A stretch of 64,000 nt of DNA, from assembly GCA_017963805.1 (NCBI GenBank), contig JAGCTE010000006.1:5118-69117 (forward strand), given 5' to 3'. The notes under the pieces were generated by a model. It was given only the letters and a program-made list of their open reading frames with translations. It was not told the origin of the DNA and ran no database searches. Within the stretch, counting starts at the first letter, position 1; every line of letters begins with the position of its first letter. Shown piece after piece: positions 56,599 to 64,000 of the stretch. Source of the DNA: a bacterium (GTDB taxonomy: Bacteria > Auribacterota > UBA3054). A program made the position numbers and the translations under genes.

Positions 56599-57257
56599 AA
56601 GTTTGCCTTTTTTGTTTGCGCTCTGCGCGTTCTGATCAGGCTGAGGAAAATATCGTCAGAAAGACCGTAGTCCTTGTCCCAGCTTAAGAGGAGGCGGACC
56701 AGGGCGTTTTCCGAAAGATTAGGGTTTTCGTCGATGATGTCGGTGATCTCGTTCTGCTCTTCCCTTAAGAGCAGATAAAGGGCGGCGGCTTTTTTCAGTT
56801 CCGGCCAAAGAGCAGGGTCGCTCTTGAAAGCGCGCTTTCCTATGAGCAGCGTCTCGTACCAGATCTTGACGTTCTCCCAGGCGGAAAAAGCAAAGGACCT
56901 AACGGGAGCGTTGCTTTTGAATTCGTCGATGAGGGAGATCGTGGCTTCTTTTTGGCGGCCTATTTGGGATAGGTAGGCAAGAATGGTCAGAAGGTTGATC
57001 TGGCAGAAGGCCTCGTGGCCGAAGACGAGAGTCAATTCGTTGTTTTTGAGCTGTTCTTCGGGCGGCAGGATGGAGAAAACTTTTTGCTTGTAATCGTCAA
57101 GCGTTTCCCGGTGCCAGGCGGCGCGCGTTGCGAGGAAGGATGGGGAAAAGACTTCCCTTTCGCAGGGGCCCGTTATCATGGCTTCCCTCATGGGGACGCC
57201 CTCCGGATACTTGTCCAGGAGGGCGTCTCCGGGAATGATGACGATACGGCCGCTCAT
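56595..57257 (-). CDS. Hypothetical protein (220 aa) co-operonic with panC.
   Basis: 4-nt overlaps with both neighbours. No domain recognised. Confidence 0.4.
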   Translation of the reverse strand: MSGRIVIIPGDALLDKYPEGVPMREAMITGPCEREVFSPSFLATRAAWHRETLDDYKQKVFSILPPEEQLKNNELTLVFGHEAFCQINLLTILAYLSQIGRQKEATISLIDEFKSNAPVRSFAFSAWENVKIWYETLLIGKRAFKSDPALWPELKKAAALYLLLREEQNEITDIIDENPNLSENALVRLLLSWDKDYGLSDDIFLSLIRTRRAQTKKANL

Positions 57258-58117
57258 TTCTTGGGCGTAGTGAGCCAGACGTTGTCTATTAGTCTGGTGG
57301 TGCCGAAATAGACGGCCAGAGCGATCAGGATCTTCTGGCCGGGCTTGAAGCTTTTCACTTCCTCAAGCGTCCCGCGGTCGACTACGCTGACGTAGTCGAT
57401 CTTGGCAAGCGGCGCGGAAGTGATGATCTTGGTTATGAGGCTTCTGACTTGATTGGCGCTTTTGCCGGAGGAGACGGCCTTTTTGGCGGCCTTGAGGGAC
57501 TGGCTGAGGACCAGGGCCTGCTTCTTTTCTTCGGGGCTCAGGTACTTGTTGCGGGAGCTAAGAGCCAGGCCGCTTTTTTCCCTGATGAGCGGGCATTCGA
57601 TAATCTTTATGGGGAAGTCCAAGTCCCTGACCATGCGCTCAAGGATGAGGAGCTGCTGGGCGTCCTTCTTGCCGAAGCAGGCCACTTGCGGCTGGAAGAG
57701 ATTGAAAAGCTTGGAAACCACGGTGCAGACGCCCTTGAAGTGGCCTACTCTGCGGGCGCCGCAAAGGAAGCGGGAAAGGCTCTCCTCGTTGACCCAGGCG
57801 GAGCGGTCCTCGAAGTACATGTCCTTGGGCTGGGGCGCGAAGACGGCATCCACTTTTTCCCTTTCGCAGACCAAGAGATCGTCCTGAAAGGTCCTGGGAT
57901 ACTTGGCGAAGTCCTCGTTGGGGCCAAACTGGGTGGGGTTGACGAAGACCGAGACGATGACGATGTCCGCTTTGGGGCGGGCCTGGCGCATAAGGGAGGC
58001 GTGGCCTTCGTGCAAGGCTCCCATGGTGGGAACCAGCGCGATGGTCTTGCCGGCCTTCTGCTGGGCCGTGACGTAGGCTCTTGCGGCCTTCTTATCGCGC
58101 AGAATGACAGGCTTCAT
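57254..58117 (-). CDS. panC: Pantoate--beta-alanine ligase.
   Basis: VPTMGALHEGHASLMRQA HIGH-type motif. 287 aa. Confidence 0.85.
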   Translation of the reverse strand: MKPVILRDKKAARAYVTAQQKAGKTIALVPTMGALHEGHASLMRQARPKADIVIVSVFVNPTQFGPNEDFAKYPRTFQDDLLVCEREKVDAVFAPQPKDMYFEDRSAWVNEESLSRFLCGARRVGHFKGVCTVVSKLFNLFQPQVACFGKKDAQQLLILERMVRDLDFPIKIIECPLIREKSGLALSSRNKYLSPEEKKQALVLSQSLKAAKKAVSSGKSANQVRSLITKIITSAPLAKIDYVSVVDRGTLEEVKSFKPGQKILIALAVYFGTTRLIDNVWLTTPKK

Positions 58118-58416
58118 TATTTTTGCTCCTTGTCTTTTTTCTGATCCTCGGCGGTCTCGGCGTAGTTCATCTGCAGCATGGCGATCTGGTCGTTAAGCAG
58201 GTCAGATTCTTCCTTGGAGAGATTGCCCTTGGATTTTTCCCTCAGCATGACGAGGGAATCGATGAAGTAGCTGGCGCCCTGGAGGTCGACTTTCGTTTCC
58301 TTGGTCTCGGGGTTGGCGATCTTGCCAAGGTTGACCATGGCCAGCTGGGCGAAATTGAAGATCAGCATCACGAAAAGATGGCTGTTGTGATCGTGTTCGT
58401 GTTCATGTTCTGCCAT
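58117..58416 (-). CDS. DUF1844-family small protein.
   Basis: 99 aa. LAMVNLGKIANPETKETKVDLQGASYFIDSLVMLREKSKGNLSKEE matches the DUF1844 pattern. Confidence 0.5.
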   Translation of the reverse strand: MAEHEHEHDHNSHLFVMLIFNFAQLAMVNLGKIANPETKETKVDLQGASYFIDSLVMLREKSKGNLSKEESDLLNDQIAMLQMNYAETAEDQKKDKEQK

Positions 58417-58730
58417 AAATGCTCCTTAATGTTGTATTACCTCGTAAATTATACCATTTGCTTTAGGCGCAAAAAAACAACACCCACCCCCAAGCGAACT
58501 CACGGAAAATGGCGTATAAGGGAAAGCGAGCGCATAATCTGTGAACACGGAGCGAAGGCTTCATTTGTTCTCGGCTAGTTTTTTACAGCGGAAGCATACC
58601 GCCTAATTTTCTCTAAAACGCGATTTAAGGCCGCTCCGGAATCGCCCCTTTGCTTTTTGGCCAAAATCCGCGGAAACGCTGTTTTTGGCGATGCCAAGCG
58701 GCTTAAAAACGCCGTCTCGCACCCGCCCTG

Positions 58731-58759
58731 TTGACTTTTCCTCGTTTTTCTGATACTAT
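58731..58759 (+). promoter_or_regulatory. Sigma70-like promoter TTGACT-17bp-TACTAT, ~290 nt upstream of B3.
   Basis: -35 at 58731..58736 (5/6 match to TTGACA), 17-bp spacer, -10 at 58754..58759 (5/6 match to TATAAT). Confidence 0.4.
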
Positions 58760-59055
58760 GGCTGCACAGGCGCTTTAGCCCTTTCTGTTGTTCACTTAAC
58801 AACCGATCGTAACGCAGAACCCAACACCAAAACGAAACCATGAAAAACACAAGAAATGATTTTATTGGCGCTGAGTCCTTTGTTTGGCGCTACACCAGTC
58901 TACGCTGACGCTATCCTTTCATAAGCCCAGGCTAGTTTCAGCGTTTGTATTTAAAGGCCTCTCCGATACTACTCGCTAGGGCGCAGCTGTGCCCGGACAG
59001 ATCATACCACGCGCTTCGGAAGGCGAGCTCAACAAGTAATCCTTAACTAAAATTT

Positions 59056-61059
59056 ATGAATAGAAAAAGAAAACCTTTATCGCGGATGAAAACGTTTTTC
59101 TCCATTCTGCTCATCCTAGCCTGCGCGCTAGTATCAACATCTATTTGCTTAGCCAACGACGGGTCAGACATCACTATCAGCGGGGAGTCTCCTCGCCATG
59201 GAATTGGCTCCTCGCTTTATACGGCATCTTCAAAAGACGGCGATGTGGTTTCTTGCGATTGGTGGATAACAGATTTTGTAAAATACAATCCAACTTCTAC
59301 CGTAACGCTTGCTGAAGTTGAAAAGCGAGGAGAAGATGCTTACTTAACATTTCATGATTTCGGCTCTGTAACTCTCAAATGCAGAGCCTCAGTTGATATA
59401 AAAGGGGAAAACAAAGACCAATACGGTAGCAGGACAATTGAGTGCAAAAAGCTACCCCCAAACACAACTCCGACACTGAGCATTAATGGCGAAGATTATG
59501 TGTCGCTTAATTCAGAGCACGAATATGTAGCGGAATGTAAAGCGGCTGGAACCCCTACGATAACCTGGGCATATCCGGTCAACCAAACTCATACAGGGGA
59601 AAAAGTAACCATAGAATTCACGGATTTAGGATTCTTTCGATTGAATTGTACTTTAAAGTCTACCGACGCCCAAGGAAACAATGTTCCGGATGTAGACGAC
59701 CACAAAGACATACATGTTCTTTCGCCTGTCGTACTAACAGCGTTGAGAGCAAATTACGAAAATCCCAATGTCGCCAACATCCCCGGAGAAGAAATAGTCA
59801 AGATACATTACAATATTGACGATGATGACGAATCGTGCGAAGAAAACGACTACAACAAGGGTTGCGACTGCCTGCAAACAGCATTTAAGACAGGCAACGA
59901 AAATCCTGATGACGATCTGTGCAAACTTGAGATAAGCTTTGGAAACAACTTCAACGATTTTACAGAAGGAACTGTGTATATCGAAGTCACCAAGGGTTTA
60001 AGGCTTTGGTGTAACAACCTGCGCACAAATGACAATGATATTTTCTTAGGTAAAGATAATAAACCCGAACAAATAGCATTGTCTTTCAGTGTCCCGGCGG
60101 AAAAAACAAAAATTCAAAATATTATAAACAACGGCCTGTATGTTGAAGGCTTAGCTCCGGGTTACAGATACCTAAAGATAAAGTTTGCCGACAAGCAACT
60201 TAAATTGCCGTATTATTGTTACGCGGTTGGAGAACCACAAAACCAGCCGGACCTAACAACAAGGAAATCTTATAAGAAGAATAGCAGTTTCCCTAATCTT
60301 GTTGACTGCGAATGGTGCATAAAAGAGTTATCAAACACAACTTATCTTGATTCATATAACTGCATAGCATATGCTGTTGACCCCAGAAGAGAGGTTTTCG
60401 ACGATAATACTGCTAGTTATGCCACACCTTTTCAAGGGGCTTTCTGGGTAAATACAAACGAGTTCTGGTTAGGAACGCCAGGTTTTGATTCTTGGAACGA
60501 GAACAATTGGCGTATGGACCCGTTTGTATATGAGGTACATATTGCATTAGATGATTGGTCTTCTTTAAAAACAGAATATAGAGTTAAATTTCTAAACCCA
60601 AATATAACGCCATTTATAGCTTTGGATACAAATGATTCTGTATTTTTCCGAGGATTTTCTTTAGCTTATAGAGAATTATTAAAGGATGTTTTAAGAGAGC
60701 ACCCGACTTATATGACACTGACATGGCGTGGTACTTCAATGGCTGTATTTAATAGAGCGGCAGCGACTGATGACATAGATAATTTTTTCACTTTACCAGA
60801 TTTTGCCGCTTCAATTTATAACGGCCATACTCTTGTTGGATGTGATACAAACGATAACAGCAGAATAGTTATGTATTATTCAGAGTATCACGCGGCAAGA
60901 GCATTGTCAAAAACATTTGATTGTAAAAAACTTGGCAAAAGCGCTGATCCAGATTGGAAGATGGCTGTAAGTAAATGCGGAAAGAGACGACAGCTATTGA
61001 TCCATCGCGAAGAACAAGTAGCCCCTTTGTATGGAAAAGTAAAAAGAGCATACAAATAA
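59056..61059 (+). CDS. Family-B secreted protein, copy B3 (largest copy, 667 aa).
   Basis: Signal peptide in MKTFFSILLILACALVSTSICLA. IHYNIDDDDESCEEND and DCEWCIKELS motifs shared with B1/B2. AT-rich. Confidence 0.6.
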   Translation: MNRKRKPLSRMKTFFSILLILACALVSTSICLANDGSDITISGESPRHGIGSSLYTASSKDGDVVSCDWWITDFVKYNPTSTVTLAEVEKRGEDAYLTFHDFGSVTLKCRASVDIKGENKDQYGSRTIECKKLPPNTTPTLSINGEDYVSLNSEHEYVAECKAAGTPTITWAYPVNQTHTGEKVTIEFTDLGFFRLNCTLKSTDAQGNNVPDVDDHKDIHVLSPVVLTALRANYENPNVANIPGEEIVKIHYNIDDDDESCEENDYNKGCDCLQTAFKTGNENPDDDLCKLEISFGNNFNDFTEGTVYIEVTKGLRLWCNNLRTNDNDIFLGKDNKPEQIALSFSVPAEKTKIQNIINNGLYVEGLAPGYRYLKIKFADKQLKLPYYCYAVGEPQNQPDLTTRKSYKKNSSFPNLVDCEWCIKELSNTTYLDSYNCIAYAVDPRREVFDDNTASYATPFQGAFWVNTNEFWLGTPGFDSWNENNWRMDPFVYEVHIALDDWSSLKTEYRVKFLNPNITPFIALDTNDSVFFRGFSLAYRELLKDVLREHPTYMTLTWRGTSMAVFNRAAATDDIDNFFTLPDFAASIYNGHTLVGCDTNDNSRIVMYYSEYHAARALSKTFDCKKLGKSADPDWKMAVSKCGKRRQLLIHREEQVAPLYGKVKRAYK

Positions 61060-61098
61060 AACACAATTAAAATATTCTTCACATTAAGGAAAATTCCT

Positions 61099-62304
61099 AT
61101 GAAAAAATATACCTTATTCATTCTGATGTTTTTAACGGCACTCAACGTTTTTAGTTTAACTCAAGAAGAAAAAGAAAAAATCTATAATTCTATTGTCGCC
61201 GAAGCAAAGCTACCTGAGGATTACAGTAGCTCATCGCTTTTATCTATTTCATATGCTAGAAAAAACACACGTCAATTGCCTCCTGGATTCGATGTTGATG
61301 CATATGTTGAAACTCTTATTGGAACAAATTCCAAGCAAAAAACAAATTTTGTGGGAACGATTTCTAAATTAGAAGCAGACGCCAACAAAGCATCAAAATA
61401 TCTTAATTCTTTGCCGCCTTCAACGCTTATTCCGGCGTTTTATGAGCTAAGATTGGATGGTAAAATACGCGATTCTGTTGATTATTATGCATATATAGAT
61501 CTTGACGAAACCAACGAATATGACAAAGCAGATTTGGTTCGCGTTTTTGAGAATGAAGCGATCGTGCGGAAAAAGAGAGAACTTGCAGGAATTGTTCTCA
61601 GATATTCTCGTTGCGAAGGTTTTATAAAAGGCGACCTCATAGGAATGATCAATCCCAAAGCGTCGTATGAAAGCAATTTTCGCGCATACTGGTGGCTGGA
61701 AGGAAGGAGATTCATGCCTGAGATCTGGAACGTTTGGTATCCCTGCTGGCAAAACGAGATGTCCAGGAAAAAACCTAGGGAGTCGGTGACGGAACAATTG
61801 GTGGAAGACATCGGCTGTTTCGGTACATTTCTCTTTCCACATTTGAACGAAGCGATCAAGGAAGGTGATTATACCCTGACGCCTGTTTTAGAAGAGATTT
61901 CTTATCGCACCGAGGTTGAATTGCCGTCGGCAAAAGAATTCTGCGAATGGTATTCGACCAATAGTTACAAGTATGATTATCCGCCTTGCGAAGGCATAAG
62001 AAAGACGATCGAGAAAGTCAAGGATCCCTATATTCTTTCCGAGCTGAAAGGCGAAGACACGTATGACGATAGGAAAAAATTTGGTGACAAATGGGCGTTT
62101 CACACTTTTGAACGAAATGTGTTCAAGCAAGTCCTCTGGCAAGCGGAAGACTATTACAAGAAGAGGGAATACCCGCCCGATTACTGGTATTACAAGCTGC
62201 CTGACGAAGCGGCTTATGAATATAAGTCAGAGATTCCGAGCTTCAGCGGTTCCACCAACTTCAATAAGGGCTTCCTTAAGAAAATAGAAGAAAAGCGGAA
62301 ATGA
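61099..62304 (+). CDS. Family-C secreted W/Y-rich protein, copy C3.
   Basis: Signal peptide MKKYTLFILMFLTALNVFS. YWWLEGRRFMPEIWNVWYPCWQNEMSRKKP and DYWYYKLPDEAAYEYK motifs, collinear with C2. Confidence 0.6.
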   Translation: MKKYTLFILMFLTALNVFSLTQEEKEKIYNSIVAEAKLPEDYSSSSLLSISYARKNTRQLPPGFDVDAYVETLIGTNSKQKTNFVGTISKLEADANKASKYLNSLPPSTLIPAFYELRLDGKIRDSVDYYAYIDLDETNEYDKADLVRVFENEAIVRKKRELAGIVLRYSRCEGFIKGDLIGMINPKASYESNFRAYWWLEGRRFMPEIWNVWYPCWQNEMSRKKPRESVTEQLVEDIGCFGTFLFPHLNEAIKEGDYTLTPVLEEISYRTEVELPSAKEFCEWYSTNSYKYDYPPCEGIRKTIEKVKDPYILSELKGEDTYDDRKKFGDKWAFHTFERNVFKQVLWQAEDYYKKREYPPDYWYYKLPDEAAYEYKSEIPSFSGSTNFNKGFLKKIEEKRK

Positions 62305-63560
62305 ATAGGCTGCTGTTTGTTTTGCTTTTTTTCGGCTTTGGCGTTTCGGCCGCGTTAGGGGAAGCGCTGTCTTCCAATTTCGTCTTGGACGACAAGGATT
62401 ACGCTTCCATGACAGAAAGGCTGCTGCCTTACTGCGGTGAAGAAGCAAAGGGCTTTTTAGAGGAAAAGCTGCGCTCCGGGAAAGACCTTAAGGACGCGTA
62501 TGAGCTGGCCAGGATAGAAGCGCACCCCTTGCTGGAGCAGGAGCTTGAGAAAAGAAAAGCTCTGCTTGGCAAGGGACGGATAAGGCTGTTGTCATATGAC
62601 GAGATCTGTGACAATGTCAAATATGTCTGGAGCGCCTTCTATCTTCAGAAAAACGGAAAAGGCTTGTCGGTTGAAAAAATGATCGGGGCCTTGAACAAGA
62701 TCGAGGAACTGAAGGAAAGGCTAAAAGACGACAGCGACCAGCTGTATGATATAAACGAATACAGGGATCTGCATCTTCTGCCTGGAATGTCGGGTCAGCT
62801 TTACCAGCTGGCGGAGAAGATATTCTGGCGCGGACACTGCAAAAAGGCCTACCGCTGTATGAATTATTTCCTTTTGCCAGAGAACAAAGACGACTTCTCG
62901 GTAGGGGCGGCGCACTATTATCTCGGCAATCTTCTGGCGCATAGGTGGGACGAACTTGGCTATAAAGCTTCGGACAAAATGGAGCTGGAAGCGCTGCGGC
63001 ATTACATTAAAACGCCGCAGTATAAAACCTGCCTGACATATATAGCGTACTCATATTTTAAAGCGGCGGATATGGCATCCCGTTTCAATGATTACCGGAC
63101 ATCATACGCTTTGGCATCCATGGACGTTCCATGCGTGGATTATGACTATGCAACCGGCCAGCGTCATTACAACGCGGCCCTGGCCAGTTACGAGTTGAAA
63201 AAATTCACAAACTGCGTGCTGCATATCCAGGAAGTGCAGCGGTACTATCCGAGACTTGAAGTGGAATGGCTCTTAAAGCGGATCCCCTATTACGACAAGG
63301 AAAGCCTGTGGAACTGGTGCTTTACGAATAAGCTTAGCGAAGCTGACAGGTACAACGCCGTTGTTGATGCCTTGACAAACGAGACTGCGTGTGTCGAGCT
63401 GGACGAGCTTTACGAAATTCTGACGATAGAATGGCCAAAATCGGCTGATCTGCCGGAAAGCGTAAGGACGAACAGGGTATTGAACAACAAATTCTTCGAG
63501 AATCTGCATAACGAAAATTTGAAAAGATTGCGTCAAAACAAAAAGAGGAGAAAAGAATGA
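62301..63560 (+). CDS. Family-D secreted helical protein, copy D3.
   Basis: Signal peptide. Its C-terminal two-thirds are homologous to D1 (21726..23627). Confidence 0.6.
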   Translation: MNRLLFVLLFFGFGVSAALGEALSSNFVLDDKDYASMTERLLPYCGEEAKGFLEEKLRSGKDLKDAYELARIEAHPLLEQELEKRKALLGKGRIRLLSYDEICDNVKYVWSAFYLQKNGKGLSVEKMIGALNKIEELKERLKDDSDQLYDINEYRDLHLLPGMSGQLYQLAEKIFWRGHCKKAYRCMNYFLLPENKDDFSVGAAHYYLGNLLAHRWDELGYKASDKMELEALRHYIKTPQYKTCLTYIAYSYFKAADMASRFNDYRTSYALASMDVPCVDYDYATGQRHYNAALASYELKKFTNCVLHIQEVQRYYPRLEVEWLLKRIPYYDKESLWNWCFTNKLSEADRYNAVVDALTNETACVELDELYEILTIEWPKSADLPESVRTNRVLNNKFFENLHNENLKRLRQNKKRRKE

Positions 63561-64000
63561 GAAACACGTTTGGAAAAATATTGTTTTTGGCGGTTGTTTT
63601 CTGCGCCTGCAATTGCTTTTCCGGGCACATAGACATCGTCAACGGAGTGTGGGCGGTCTCCAAGAACATGACGAAGAACCAGGAGATAGGAGGGAAACTA
63701 AGGGAGATAGAGGCGGTTGCCCGGCAGGACACCGACAAGGCGGCCGAGCTTTGCAAGGAGCTGAAAGAGTCGCTTGACGATCCCGAGATCTATACGGACG
63801 ACGGGGAGTATCTGCCACTGGTGCTGGACAGCATGTGGCTGTATTACGCGGCGCATAAAGGTTTGCAGGGAAAAGCTGTGCTTACGGAAGCACAAAGGCT
63901 GATAGAGGAATACGCCGAAAAGGCGGAGGGGCAGAGATATTGTGCGTACAAGTATCTTTATCATCGCATAAGAGGGTATTACTACGGCAAGAAAGACAAT
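63557..64000 (+). CDS. Family-D-related secreted protein, N-terminal fragment, truncated by the right window edge.
   Basis: ATG at 63557 overlaps the D3 stop (ATGA). MRNTFGKILFLAVVFCACNCFSGHIDIVNGVWAVS...CAYKYLYHRIRGYYYGKKDN is collinear with the D1 N-terminus MMKNTFCFFLSFIWASFSLGNIDIQRGVWLVS...FSYKYAQQALRRYYVKQND. Confidence 0.5.
   Translation, partial: MRNTFGKILFLAVVFCACNCFSGHIDIVNGVWAVSKNMTKNQEIGGKLREIEAVARQDTDKAAELCKELKESLDDPEIYTDDGEYLPLVLDSMWLYYAAHKGLQGKAVLTEAQRLIEEYAEKAEGQRYCAYKYLYHRIRGYYYGKKDN

Noticed and set aside
58450-59050. Possible structured ncRNA (6S, tmRNA, RNase P, SRP) in the long intergenic region
   Set aside because: None of the conserved sequence blocks of these RNAs could be recognised by eye (for example the tRNA-like 3' end of tmRNA, the RNase P P4 helices, the SRP GGAA tetraloop). 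Only a promoter-like element is reported.

Overview
This 64-kb window is the replication-origin region of a GC-rich chromosome, roughly 58-60% GC in core genes. The organism looks like a PVC-superphylum bacterium (Lentisphaerae/Verrucomicrobia/Kiritimatiellae-like): it has many PEP-CTERM exosortase substrates, an FGE-sulfatase-modifying domain, Gfo/Idh/MocA and ThuA oxidoreductases, a GH2 beta-galactosidase and giant TPR proteins.

Supported core content:
- Outer-membrane and transport genes: an ABC-F ATPase, MlaA, a TPR-TPR-ExbB-ExbD-ExbD cluster ending in an unusual TonB-like-anchored vWA protein, and lacZ-like GH2.
- Regulation: a STAS / PP2C / anti-sigma-kinase partner-switching operon.
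- Housekeeping: tRNA-Arg(ACG), lpxK, split coaC/coaB, gmk, rsfS, a HAD-nadD fusion, a sugar-oxidoreductase cluster, htpX-lemA, nadB, sat, a MiaB-like methylthiotransferase, plsC, fmt, rsmB, panC and DUF1844.
- Origin: dnaA with upstream DnaA boxes, an AT-rich dnaA-dnaN intergenic oriC, dnaN and a DciA-like DUF721 gene.

The most interesting signal is a set of visibly AT-rich loci carrying a modular cassette of four paralogous secreted-protein families that match nothing well characterised:
- A: GLUG-like repeat protein with a PEP-CTERM anchor.
- B: HWNIDDDD / CEW-motif protein.
- C: W/Y-rich protein.
- D: helical TPR-like protein.

The cassette occurs three times with shuffled gene order:
- Locus 1 (21.7-28.1 kb) is bracketed by an intact tRNA-Arg and a 95-bp direct repeat of the tRNA 3' half plus its terminator, which is an att-like island signature. 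No integrase is present. It contains a C copy interrupted by a single in-frame TGA at a conserved Trp codon.
- Locus 2 is 49.8-54.7 kb.
- Locus 3 runs from 59.1 kb to the window end.

Other oddities:
- A PEP-CTERM module fused in-frame, with no stop, to an FGE (SUMF1) enzyme.
- Twin 27-bp perfect palindromes next to the tRNA.
- An RsfS with a histone-like lysine-rich tail.

No rRNA, CRISPR array, transposase or integrase was seen.
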